NCBI RefSeq assembly: GCF_964355755.1
Contig: NC_092670.1
Location: forward strand, 29,562,388 to 29,626,387
Length of the DNA: 64,000 nucleotides
Direction of reading: 5' to 3'
DNA from: Antedon mediterranea
Taxonomy: Eukaryota; Animalia; Echinodermata
A program made the translations under genes and the position numbers. The notes below the pieces were generated by a model that ran no database searches, had not been told where the DNA came from, and worked only from the letters and a program-made list of their open reading frames with translations. Of this stretch, positions 14,117 through 27,334 are shown piece by piece. Each line of letters opens with the position of its first letter. Position 1 is the stretch's first letter.

Positions 14117-14762
14117 TTTGATTTGATTTATTCAATGTCGGCTCATTACAATTACAACAGAAAACATAAAAATACAAAAAGAAACAAAAAGTCAGGATTG
14201 TCAAAAGCGAACCCAATCACAGTTTAAAGACTTTCCTTTAACAGAAATAAAATATAATATAAATATAATATATGCTGAATGACGGTTAAAAAAATTAAAA
14301 AACAAAATAAAGAAAAAAATGATAAAATAAATAAAAGTCTAAGACTCAAATCAAAAGGAAGAGAGGCAAGGAGAGGAGAAATCAGGAATGGAAATAGTGT
14401 TGGCGAAGACTAGTCCAAAAATCTCGAAACCTGCCAAGGAGATCAAGGTCTCTGAGGGCAGACCATTCCAAAGTTTACAGAATCTAGAAAAGAGTGACGA
14501 TTGAAAACAGACAGTTCGAGCAAAGGGTGGCCTGAAAAGAAGATCAAATTTGTGACGAGAAATAGGAGAAAAAAGGGAAGAAACATCGAGATCAATAATA
14601 GTGTATAAACATTTGACAACAAAGATAATAGTTTGGAAATCAATCTGAGAAGTCAAAGAAGGAAGATGAAGTAGAGCTAATCTTTTGGCGTAAGTAGGAC
14701 GTTCAAAGTGTTTACCCGGAAAAGGGTATCTAGTAAAAATGCGTTGAGGTTTTTCAAGGAGA
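14117..14762 (-). mobile_element. CR1/L2-type LINE 3' end
   Basis: Minus-strand LEKPQRIFTR..TYAKRLALLHLPSL..FQSSLFSRFCKLWNGLP, followed by a UTR ending AATAAATCAAATCAAATC. Confidence 0.8.
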
Positions 14763-15143
14763 GATGATGATATAACTATTTCTTTTGAGGATGTTGCTTA
14801 TGCCCTGTCAAACTGTACAATAATAAAAGTCCAGGCACCGATACAATAATAATAAATGAAATGTTGAAACATGGAGGTGATCTCATGACATTATCTCTCC
14901 AAAAATTAATTACCAGGATTACTGAACAAATCCCAGATGATTAGAATGAGAGGATAATTATCCCAATATTTAAAAAAGGTGACCGATCTCAATAATTATC
15001 GTGGTATCACACTTACCTCATGTGTAGCCAAAATCTTTAATAATATTCTTGCACACAATATCTCTCAATTTTTAAAAGACAATGATATTTTTGGAGAAGT
15101 CCAGGGTAGTTTTAGACCAGATAGGAGATGTGAAGATCACATT

Positions 15144-15257
15144 TTTAGTCGCGTGCAACGCGACTTTACAGCTCACTATGTCGGTGAGCGGTATGTCGGT
15201 CGGTAAACACTAACTCAAATTTGAGCACGCGACTGCAGCCATCTATATGGCCTTGTT
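15144..15257 (+). mobile_element. Short HINE (Helentron-type) inserted at TT
   Basis: AGTCGCGTGCAACGCGACT hairpin, GTCG repeats, CACGCGACT subTIR, GCCATCTATATGGC stem, CTTGTT. Removal restores the RT peptide EDHIF-TL without a TSD. Confidence 0.8.
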
Positions 15258-15504
15258 ACTCTTTTTAATTATAGCCACAAGACGTGCCGAAGGTAAAAAA
15301 ACATTTTAAAAAGCCTTTGATTCGGTTTGGCGACTGGGTTTAAATAATGCTGCCAAAACAATTGGTATTAGTAGAAAATTACTTAATCTTATAACAAATA
15401 TGTATTCTGATGTTAAATGTAAAGTTTTATTTAATGACATAGAATCTAATCAGATATGTTTAATATTAATGAGGGGGTGAAACAAGGCTGTTTATTATCA
15501 CCAG

Positions 15505-16171
15505 TTTTTAGTCGCGTGGAAGCGACTCTATAGTTCACTATGTCGGTCGGTTGGTCGGTCTGTCTGTCTGTCTGTCGGTCTGTCTGTCTGTCGGTCCGGT
15601 ATCACTATGCGTTTTATCGCTTTCTGACCTTATCTTGATATCAGTTTAATCTAGCTAGGTCAATTTTTCACAGTATATTCCTTATGGCCAGGAATCAATG
15701 TGGTTATGTTTTCACGGTGCGCAATAAAAAATTACGCGGTCTACGCACGATTTAACGAAATCACGTTTGTAATCATATCTTCACAACCATGAATCACAAT
15801 TAAATAAAATTTGGTACTCATAAATTTCAGGGCATAAATCATCATATGGCAATACAATTACGTGCGTATCGCATGTAACGCATGCGTACGCGCGCTTAAA
15901 ATTTTCAAAATTTATTTTCACTCTTTTTGCCCGATTTCTGTTTTCTTGACTTACTTTTCAACTCGAAATTTCGTTATACGAGCACGTCAAAAGCGACAGG
16001 CTACGCACGTGTAAATTAAAAAAATATAAATGTTTTTAAACATTTCAACACTTTTAAACATTTCAACATTTTTAAACATGTTCAGTAATTTCGGTCAGTA
16101 TAGTTCACTATGTCGGTCGGTCTGTCTGTCTGTCGGTCCGGTATCACTATGCATTGTAGCACGCGACTTAA
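15505..16171 (+). mobile_element. Long HINE (Helentron-type); its 3' end is interrupted by the Kolobok-like element
   Basis: TTTTTAGTCGCGTGGAAGCGACT, (GTCT/GTCG)n, body shared with 8325-9037, CACGCGACT immediately before TTAA at 16168. Confidence 0.8.
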
Positions 16172-17836
16172 GAGCCATTGTCTGTAAGAATCAAAGAAAT
16201 ATCAAAAAGAGTGGCAGACTCAAAAAAATGGATTTCTTTCAAATTTTGCACATGGCTATATATGTGTTGAGAGAAATCAAATATGAAGTATTTTTTATTT
16301 CACACGTATATTTCCATGGCAACGGCCAAATTTGTGTTTTTGACAAATTTTGTACTTTTTTAAGGTTTTTTAAAATGGATATTGGTACTACTTTGATGAA
16401 CGATATTTTTGTTTTGTTCATTTAATTATAAAAAATAATTAGTGTATGCATAATAAAAATGCATTGTGTACCTGTTTCAAATTTTTTTATTTTTTTTAAT
16501 TTCATACTTTGGGAGATACCATTTATTTAAAAAGGGGTGTTTTTCACTTTTTTTAAATTGTTCAATGCAACTAAACTTTACTTCACCATAACGCCCAAAG
16601 TGGTGTATTTTTTTAGCTGATTTATTACAAATAGGTAGTTCTAATGTTTAATAATTGATTTCTAAAATAAAATACTGGGGTAAATTTAAAATCTACAAGC
16701 AGTGTTGCAAGAAACATAGGCATTTTTATTTAAAAAAAACATGGTATATTAGTAAAAACATTTTATTTCCTTTGATTATTTGATTTGAAACTCATTGGTC
16801 AGAAAAATTCTTAATGTTTTATATAGTTCTAATTTTTAATTATAGATTCTGTAGTTCCCAGTGTTATATCCTCTGGAAATTTGAATAAATTATCAGATCG
16901 TTGTGAATTTTAATCTTTGCAACAGATTACTCCTCTCTTATTTTGAAGCTCCTCTTTCATTTGTTTACTTCTTTTATTTGCTAACCTAATGCCTAAATTG
17001 CTAATCCCACATGCCCATCCACCACCACTTTCGACTACCACCCCTCCCCCCCCACCCCGACTATAACCATAAAACTGCAACACTTTGGTCGATCATCCAC
17101 TATAGAGTGTCAAATGCATGCATTCAAGCACCACCCACACTGCCGCTACTATCGCCCCAATAAATAGACGGATTCAAACTCCTCCATCCCACCCCCTCCC
17201 CCTTTCTCCAAGCCCCCACCCACCCCAAGTTAAAAATTGCAATGCAAAAGATAGGACATAAAGTTAAGTTTTTAGACCCTCGCCTTCAACCCCCTAACTA
17301 TTTAAAAGTCCTGGGTCCACCACTTTCCCCTCCCCAAAATAGAACCAATCAAAAGTCAATGATATACTCAGGTTTGTTAATGCTACATAACAAATATTGA
17401 AGTCCTTATTTGAAATTTCATTTCATTTAAGGTCAGCAAGTAAAATATCTTTACTTTATTATTAAATATTGGTTTTAAATTCTATATTTTTTTTACTGTG
17501 ATGGTTGGATTCAGTATTAATTATTAACTAATAATTATCTGATAATTATTTAATTTCCCTTAGTAATGCATAGCAACAGTTACTATGGTAACTAAAAATG
17601 AGATATTCTTTAGATTTTGCATATTTATCTCATACAAATTTAAATGTGATACTTATTGCATGGACCTATGAATTAGAGGTGCATGTTTGTTGTATTTCTT
17701 TATATATTAGCTTTATTTTGAAGAGGTTTTAAAAACATTACTGTGACGAGATGAGAAAACTACACAGATTTTGACCGACCATTTTTCATATGATAAAAGT
17801 TTTTAAAATTTGTCTGAAAATGCTAAAAAATACTAA

Positions 17837-19540
17837 GGCCCTGTTCAGACCCATGGCGTTAGACCGTTTTAGCGTACGACGCTAAAAGAATGTGTGTCTG
17901 AACAGTTGGGGATTAGCGTACAACGCGTCGTACAACGGTTGTAGCGTTGTAGTGGAAAACGGTTGATAGTACCGTTTTAGCGTACGACGCTACTGTAAGT
18001 CAACGTTGTATCCAATCAGAACGTTTCCTGTTATGACGCGATACAAGGTTTGACCTAGGCTGACATCTTGTATCGTCAATGTGTGAGATGGATTTCAATA
18101 ACAAAAAGGCCAGAATAAATAAGGCCTAACTACATTACAAATACAACTGTTACAAAGGCTAAACTATTATCAACTGATTACTATTATATTTTCTAACAAA
18201 TGACATAAATACATGCACCTTGTATTTAAACATAGGGACTACGATCCCATACGCTTTTAGGCCTAGCTAGGCCTAGAGTCTTTCACGCATTTCATTCAAG
18301 CTAAAAACTAGCGCGGGACATCAAGTCACTCATTCATACAAGGCAGACTAGACTGGACAAGTTTAATGCTGAAAACCCCCTAACTCCTAAAAAATTCAGT
18401 AAACAAACAAGGGGAGCTGTGTCTCTTTTATTAGCAAGTTAAGGGTTATTTTCGACCGACTGGAACAAAGAATATATATCTTTGACTGGACTGGATAGAC
18501 TAATCACAATCAATTTTTTTCTTCATCATTAGAAGGCCTGCTTTATTTTCGTAACTCAAGAACCTGGGGAAAATGTTTTTTAATACAAAATAAAAACAAT
18601 AGAAACAGAAATTTGGCTTTACTATATTTTTCTTAAAGACCCCTTCCCTGCAATTTTGGACGTTTTTTGGAAAATAATACATATATATCACTTTAAAAAC
18701 ATTAAACCATGTCATTCCTTGTCTTAAATGTACGTTTTATGGTAAATTATGATAAAAAGTGAGAAACAATGCACTACCTAAGTAGCTCGCGGCGATCGAC
18801 CTCTCGTGGACGGTCTTAGGCCTAGCCTAGCTAGGCTTAGTTTTGTAGGCCTAGCTGGTAAACATCGATAACGTACGAACATCGTACGCTAGCTATATAC
18901 CTAGCCTGACGTTGTATAGTTGCTGCATTAATTGTCTTTCTATTTTTGCCAGACTCCGTTGATACAAATTGGGGAACACCCGGTATTTTCGCTGAAAAGT
19001 TAGGAGTCTTCCATTTGTTTTGGCTTCACGATCGATCGAAAAGTGGGCGAATTACAGGTGAAAAACAAAAATATCAATCCGCGCGCAATGCATTTTGGGA
19101 TTTATAGCGGGCCGCTATAATTATTAAAATCGATTTATTTTTCACATTTTTAACCGTTTAAAGACGAAAAAAGTTATCGCAATAGGACCATATAGTATTA
19201 TTTTTACATTAAATATAGTTTGTGATCTTAAATTAGATCTAAAAAACGTAGGGAATGGGGCTTTAAATAAATGCTGAGGTATGTTTTATTTACGGCAAAT
19301 TTTGTCATAATTGTAGGGCTGAGATCTAGGCCTATATACAGTGGAAATAATGATGAAAACACGTGGGTAAGAGCACATGAATATGCAACTAGAAACAACC
19401 TGAATGACGTACTTCCGTTGTAACGATAATCGTACGCTATCGGTCTGAACACCTCGTTTTTTTCTCTGCGGTTTGTAACGTGACCTTGTTAGTAACGTTG
19501 TACGCTAAAACGGTCTAACGCCATGGGTCTGAACAGGGCC
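17837..19540. mobile_element. PIF/Harbinger-like non-autonomous element nested in the Kolobok-like element
   Basis: TIR GGCCCTGTTCAGACCCATGGCGTTAGACCGTTTTAGCGTAC perfect over ~41 bp; flanks TAA / TCA (TNA-type, one mismatch). Confidence 0.8.
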
Positions 19541-19744
19541 TCAACCACCTGATTATTAATAATAATAGGCCTACAATTAGCTGGAAAATTGAGAGGCTCG
19601 TTTCGTTAAGAATATCGTATATAGCCATAATAAGTGATTTTGGCCCTTTATCGGCAGAACCTCCCGTAAAGGGTCACCGCCCGTAAGCGGCCACTTTTCC
19701 AGGTCCCGAGGGTGGCCACTTCAACTGTATTTAAAAAAACAATT

Positions 19745-20600
19745 ATCCTTAGTTATGCATAGAAACAGGTTCTAAGATAACATAAATAATACATTTTGAC
19801 ATAACTTAACCCTACAAATGACCCTTTCACAAGGTCAGACATTTTCTGGGATTCAGTAGATAAGTAAATTTGGGAAAAGGTAGTAAAGCTATGTAATCTA
19901 TTGTTTGTAGTCATGAAACCCCATATTAAAAATATTGTACTTAGTTACGTATAGAAACAGTTGCTGCAATACACTATAGGTCATTTGACCTCAATATGTA
20001 AAATATTTTTTTTTCATGAAACTCCATATTTAATTTTTTTTTTAATATCATTTGTTACGTAAACAGGTTTAAGATAACACTAAAGGTCATTTTTTTTACC
20101 TTTATTCAGATTCGAAAGACTTTCTTTCTGAGATTATTAGGATTCAGTATTTAAAGTAAATTGGGCAAAAAGTAGAAATGTAAAACTATGTAGAAAAAAA
20201 TGTTTTGTATTTATGAAAAACCCCTTATTTTTTTGAAATTTTCGCATAGAAACAGTTACTATGGTAAAATGTTGACCTCAAAATGAATGAATTTACAAGG
20301 TCAAGTTTGTCATTAATGGAATGCAGTAGAAGTAAAATTGAGAAAAATTACAAATGCAATCAATTCTTTGTATTTATAAAAACGCCATTTTTTACGTTTA
20401 AAAAAAATTACTTTCCTTAGTTACACATAGAAATGGTTGCTAAGGTAACACTATAGGTAAAATATGAAAATTGTTGAGAATTGTTATGAACTATCTTGTA
20501 AATTTTGATCAAACATTAATAGTTGTAGTAAAGTAAAGCATTCTGACCCCTTTTGACCTCAAATGACCTATTTACAAGGTCAGATTTTTTGGGAGGTCTT
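19745..20600 (+). repeat. Degenerate internal repeat array of the Kolobok-like element
   Basis: About 5 copies of TTAGTTA..CATAGAAACAGTTGCTAAG.TAACACT...TGACCT; another copy near 17560-17595. Confidence 0.55.
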
Positions 20601-23600
20601 TCTGTATCTCTTTACACAAAATAGATTTAAAAATTTATAAAAACCATTGACGCAATTATTTCCAAGTTTAACATTATTTTCCATCAACTAAATATTTCAA
20701 TGCAAAATACTTTTTTTCTGGCAATTAATTGAAATAAACCTGGCAACACATTCTCCTATTTTATCTAAACTATTCGTATGACTCTAGTAGCATTATGACA
20801 AGCCACATATACATTTTATTATTGGATTAGCCATATTTAAATTGTGTTTCATGTGTTTTGTTTGTTGATATTTTGTTATATTTTTTTATATTTTTCGTAT
20901 TTTCCTGGCAACACAAAACCTATGTACAAAATTTACCCCAGTGTTTTTTTTCGTGATTATTGTTGAAAAACCTATTGACTATCAAATTAAAAAACCTCAT
21001 TGATTTAAAAACACCACTTTGGAAGTTATAGGTACGTTTATGAGGTATACTTTTATAAAAAAAATATTTTTTTAAAACACCCCTTTTTAAAATAATGGTA
21101 TCAACCAATCTCCATTTTGTAATTTATTTTTTTTCTACATTAAATGGAACTCAATACATGTTGTTTACACTACTATAAACAAAAACTGTATACTGTAAGT
21201 ATTTTTGGTTAAAATAAGTATACAAGTTTGTACTTTTTCACTATAGAAAATCTGTGAAAAATGGCAAAAACATCAAAATTTGGATAATTGACCGTTGTCA
21301 TGGCAACGGAGCTAAAAATTAAAATGAATGTTGTAGATATGCTTTTTATTGAAATGTCTATTCATGGTAAAAATTTGAGAGAAATCCATTTTTTTACATC
21401 TGCCACCAAATCTTTGATTTTTACAGACAATGGCTCTTAATGGCTGTTTTTTTCAATTTACATTAATGAATTAAATGAATTAACAAAAAGTTATAAATTA
21501 GGTGTTCATTATTTATAACCCACAATTTTGTTGTTTTAATTGGTGATAATGAATTAGAACTTGCAAAGCTCTTTAAAGTTGCTAGTGAGTATTCACAAAA
21601 ATGAAGGCTAGAATTTAACTTTAAAAAATCAAAAAATGCATTACTTAAAGGTCAAAGAGTTTATCGACATAGAACATACAATCTCGGTAAACATTATATT
21701 ACGGAAAAAGAATCCTATAAATATCTTGGTGTTATAATCTCTAGGTCATACTGATTCACAGAATGTTAATGAAGTAATTAAAAAGGGAAATAGGATAATT
21801 GCTTATAATTATTACCTCTATTATTAACAACCAGGAAGATTTCAATAGGGTTTACTATCGCGATCTCTAATAGAGAACAATAGGGCTACCCACCATTAAC
21901 TATGCCTCTTCAATATGTTACCCTGTAAGCTCTTTAGACAAATTAGAAAACCTTCAATATCAAATGGCAATAATTATTGTTAAGGCAAACATTTTAAATA
22001 TGTTAGCTTTCTAGAAAATGCAAAGCAATGGTTTGAACAAGCAAAAAGCAAGTCAACTTTGTCCGACTACTTAAAATATAAGCATAGACCTAGAGCGGAG
22101 ACTACATTTGATATGGTTAATTTTGATTCTGTAAGCTTTAAATTTAAAGTAACACTCTAGAGAAGGCAAAAAGAATACATGGTCGAAGAATACAGAGTCT
22201 GGTTTCTACAAACTATGTAATAATAATAAACTTGAAAATACACCACTTTTTATTTGAATGTGGAAAACTACTATAAGAGACTTACCTTTTAAATTAACTT
22301 AATGATCTTATATATTTTAGGTATAATTCTTTTTGGGAAAATGTTTCTAATATTTAGGCCTACACTGATTATCAACGTCTACTTGATGACCTTTTTGTAT
22401 TATTTTCTTTTGAAAAAATTCTTGATTACCATTGTAAACATTATTTAGCTGCTGCATGGAGATATACTACACTTTACCGTCCACCACGTAAATTAATAAC
22501 TAAATCTGGGAAAAGAGATTTTATTAGGGTTCACGGTTAAATGATTTTGGATTCTCGCCCTTTGATTGATTGATGCGAATCAACAGACTGTGGAAGATTT
22601 TTATTACGTATGCCGTTATCTCTGAGGATCGGACTGCATGTCCTGGCATTACACACGTAGGGAAAATAATATATTGAAATTCTTTGAATGAGGTTAAATA
22701 AACTCTCTTTTTTATTTAATAAACATGTAATATCATATTTGATTGAATTTTACAATGTTGATATACAAAATAATTATATTACCAAAACCCGTACAATTGC
22801 ATACTGAGGGCGCAATTTATTTATTTCGATCGTGGCTAAAAACGATTATTTTCGGCGATGTTTTTGACCCAATATTTCAAAAAAAGATTTTCATAATTCT
22901 TTCTTTATTTTAATATTGATACAAAATATTAACAGGCAATCAATGTATGCTATTTTAACTTCTAATGCAATGGGCCTAGGCCTGTATAGTATGAGTTTGC
23001 TCCTACCCTGGAATATGTACATATAGGCCTACTGTAGTTTAGTTTATGATTATATTTTTGTTCTGTACAGTAGGCCAGACTATATTTACACAGAATGTTT
23101 ACTACTGATTGTTAAACTTAAATTGATTTAATAAATCATTATATCTGAAGAAAGAACAATTATTTAAAATGTTAGTTTAAAAGTCGAGCGGCGTTTTTTG
23201 TAAGACATATTTCTTGTTAGTATTGTATTTATAAATAATGGGTTTTTTTTTGCCTATAACTATAAGCTGCTCTTGTGCTCCACCATAACTTGGTCGAAAA
23301 CCAAGTTGTCATTTATGCAGAGGTTTGTTAATACAGTAGGCGTAAGATATTTGTTATGGTTTTTTAGAATAAGTAAACATTTATAAGACAATTCATTATT
23401 TTAAGAAATACTTTACTTCATAAATTACAAATTATATAATAAACAACAATCCAATTTGACGCATAATATAAGTTCAATATTGATCTGCTTTGCATGATTT
23501 TACTGTATAATTTCCCTTATTCAATTTTGTCGGTATGGCATATTACCACTAATGAAATCTTAATGATGCTCTTATCGATCGTCTGAGCTAAGAAACGACC

Positions 23601-25378
23601 TTATTCTGTACATCAATAAACGTGGATTAAGAGCGGAGGAAACGCATTTTGTGCTCCTATGATTCATAATAGTGTATTATTGCAGGTGTCGTAACAATGA
23701 AGATTACCAAAATAATTTCCCATTTGTGATAATTTTCCGACAAATTATGAAAAACATATTTTATTTATTATATTATATCTGATATAAAAATGGCCTAGGA
23801 GAGGTATGACCTAACGTTGGTAATAATAGTTTGCATTTATTTTGTATTTAGCAGTTGGCCTACAGTAAGTAAATGATCGATTGATATTTGTATGATAGTA
23901 GGATGAAGTCATGTCAAGCTTAACGGCATATCAATAAATATGACTATCGCCATGTTGATCGTTTGGCTATAGTTTTCATTCGATTCGTAAGATACTGCAT
24001 AATAGATATTATACTATAATTATATCTATAAATGGATACGATAATCATAATGGTACTGGAGCCTGTAAGATAAACATGATAGGCCTAGATAGACATATTT
24101 ACCGAAATCAGACGGTGTCACTCCTGGTCGCTCATCCAACGTGGAAAGAAGACAACGGCTACTTCGTCGGGGCTTAGTTTTTGTAAGTACCATGTTAATG
24201 TTTAGTGTAAACAGTTATCAAATTAGAATGTTAAAGTAATCGAATAAGTACCTCCAGTAAAACAAGTACTGGCGAGATTATTAATGTGTTCAAATGAAGA
24301 TGTAAATTGCACTGCGCTTTTGTGTGTTCAAATGACGTTGGTTAGCATTCATATTATTATTTTCTATCTGAAAAGATGACTGAAACTTAACTCAAACCTC
24401 TAAATAATCTCTCTCCCATTTTCTCATTATGGGATTCGAACTCCACACATGTAAAACTTGATTTTGTCTCTTTGATTATTTGTGGCAAGTGCGAAATTAT
24501 AAGTAGGTCTATCTTAGGTACAGCACATTGTAATGTATTTTTCGTGAGGATCACACTCGTGCCGTTTGAAGAAAGATATATAAAAATAAGAAGAAAAAAA
24601 AACCGTTCTTAAAACGATGCAAATACATTACCGGAGATGTCAAAGAGAAAATTATTGTTAATAGGCGTCAAAAACACTTTAAACCGGTGAGGAGTACACA
24701 GAAGGTGGGTGTTACACAAGAGATTAATATATTTAACGACGTCTTTATCAAGGCATGTTTTTGATTTGTGTAACCAATTTTGCGGGTAATACAGATATTA
24801 TTTACAAACATGCGAATCTTTTCTTTACAAAGATGACACGAAATACAAGAGATATCGAGATAAATAAATATTTACCTAAACTGGAATGGAGTCGCCGGTT
24901 CCACGTTGGCGCGATCACCGACAGGTTACTGCATGCGGACCTGCTACCTGAAAATCGAAGATCGGGTATTGCAGTTGTAATATCTCTGCATAAAAAAAAC
25001 TACCTTTTGTTATACAAACAGATAATGCAAACACTGTATGATATTGACACTGTTTTTTGGTTACGATTATAACCAAATACCCTTGGTGGTACCTGACTAT
25101 TATAAAATATTCAATTTAGTTTCACATGTAACTCATCACGTGATCGTATAGTAACATTAAATCAAAGCAAACGGAAGTATAATAGTGTTGTATTGTATCG
25201 ACATTTAATTGCCGTGAGCTAGCAATGCTATCAACCTCAACGATATATGAGGCTACAAAGATCAATTTGAAATGTTTGCTGATCAACATGAAGGTAAGAA
25301 AGAAAGAATTATGGTGTTTATGGTTAGGCTTCTTGTCATTCAATAATGGATTAAAAAGTAACCGTATGACATGCGTAA

Positions 25379-25505
25379 AGCCTGGTCTACACTATATAAA
25401 AAAATGTGATGTGTCCATATATGGACATGATGATGTCATATCACTACCATGTTTGGGCACATCACACCCTTTTTGTCAAACTAGTTTGATAGTGTAGATA
25501 GGGCT
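25379..25505. mobile_element. Small Harbinger/Tourist-like MITE
   Basis: TAA|AGCCTGGTCTACACTAT ... ATAGTGTAGATAGGGCT|TAA, with inner inverted TGTGATGTG/CACATCACA. Confidence 0.7.
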
Positions 25506-27334
25506 TAATACCTTTTATTATTATCTTCTTCTTATACTGTACTACAGTAGTTGTGTTGATACCGTGAATAATCCCCAACGGCATAGTCCCTATACCTATA
25601 CAGCTTTGAGTCACGTCAGTCATCGCCCATGTAGACCTATAGATTATAAATAAGCATTACTACCAGAATATGTATCCAAGTATTATTTTATTTTGTTTTG
25701 AGAAAATTAATTTATTTCCATTTCAATTGATTCCGATGCATACGGTGTAGCGACAATAAGAAGTCATGTAGTTTCTTGTTGTTATACATGATGCCGTATC
25801 GGCTATCAATTTTGTCATCATTTGTTGCTTTTTATTAAATCATAATAGTTAATAAGTGACCTTGAATATGTTTTGCAAATAAATTTGTATTTACATAACT
25901 AATTTATAGGACTGCTGATAGTTGAAATTATAGTAATCTTGTTTTTATAACTTCATATTCATATATATACAACTACGTACTAGGCTTAATGTTCTTCAAG
26001 TAGGCCCTATCTTATAGATGTTATTTTAACTATATATTTATTTTAGTATCTTTGTTCAACATAAAAGGTAAAATACAATGGAAGCCTAAAGCTGTTGCAT
26101 ATTTTAAAGTAAAAAGTATTATAATTATCGATTATATAAATATTAAAACGAAATACAAATTTGAAATATAAAAAATCATTGAGCAAATCAATGTATAAAA
26201 TTACATCAAAAGGTATAAATATAAACATAAAATGCATCATTGGATGTGAAATACAGAATTAAATGTAAATTAACGAGCTCTTAAAAAGTGTTAACACTAT
26301 TCACCTCTGTTGATAGCAGTACTGAAACAAACCATAGGGCCTAAAGAAGTTATAACATTCGGAGTAATGAGTATTCCACACAGAACTAAATGCAAGTCCT
26401 AAATAATTTAAATAACCTAATTAGAAAAATGTCAATATTATTTCAAATTGACTTCGATTTTTCAAGTTATTACCTCTTATTTAAAATCACTGTCATCAAG
26501 TAGATCACATGACAAAGACATAATTGATTATTTGGAACAATCAGAAATTTAAATTTTCAGAAATGTAGGTCTTTAAACAGCTGTCTTTATTCAATTGCAA
26601 GCAGGTAGGACCTCATTTCAAATGTTAACTTGGTAAGTAGAGCATAGATTTATGCAAAAAAGTCACACACAACGAAGCAGGCTAACATCCACCCATACTT
26701 ATTATTTTATTATTAATAAAAAGCATCTCGATGATGAATTAAAATAACCTACAAAATACTACCTAAAACATATAAATTATATTTATCAATACAAAACAAA
26801 GCATATTCTTAATATATGGCGGTAGCTATCACAAGACCCGATACAACAGCGGTTTCAGTTTAGCGCGCGACAATAAAATAATTGCGTTTTCTGAAAGCAA
26901 CCTTCATCCTATTCTGCATAACATTTCCGGACACTATACACAGTAGCCTTGTTAAAATGGATGTTAACTAAAATAGTGGATTTGGTATTAAGTTTAGTCC
27001 GAAAAGTGAAATAGCTTTTCTCTACAAGTCAGTTTAGCTTCCTAATTGGAAGTGTGATCGTTTTGGATTTTCTTTTATGTGTGACTGAGATTATACGCTG
27101 TTATTTTCTGCTCTGCTGTCGAAATGTCACAAAAACAATAAAAGACTGAATAGGAAGTTCAGTCTGATATAGAAAGTTTAATCAGCATGTAATTTATGAA
27201 TATACAATAATGTTTTAGTGTTTAAAATAATTTGAAATTCAATACACTTTCTTCGGCAACACTTCTATAAGGAAAATTTACCAACCGTATTTTACAATCG
27301 AAATGAAAATACAAACTATGTTAATTGCATTGTA

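Larger units (their letters stand above)
16172..21436. mobile_element. Kolobok-like non-autonomous DNA transposon
   Basis: TTAA on both flanks (16168-16171, 21437-21440); TIR GAGCCATTGTCTGTAA(G/A)AATCAAAGA matches 25/26, with longer imperfect subterminal inversion. RR..YY termini plus TTAA TSD fit Kolobok rather than piggyBac. Confidence 0.8.
14775..22460 (+). pseudogene. Non-LTR RT split by nested insertions (segments ~14775-15143, 15258-15504, ~21450-22460)
   Basis: SPGTD, IIPIFKKGD, YRGITLTSCVAKIF, QGSFR..RCEDHIF|TL, KAFDSVW, EGVKQGCLLSP|..FSIYINEL, YKYLGV. The C-terminal part resembles the LINE at 1380-2200. Confidence 0.8.

Noticed and set aside
16030-16425. 131-aa ORF
   Set aside because: Runs across the HINE microsatellite and Kolobok TIR junction; no protein motif.
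16172-21436. piggyBac assignment because of the TTAA TSD
   Set aside because: Termini begin GA, not the CC/CA typical of piggyBac; no transposase is present to confirm either assignment.
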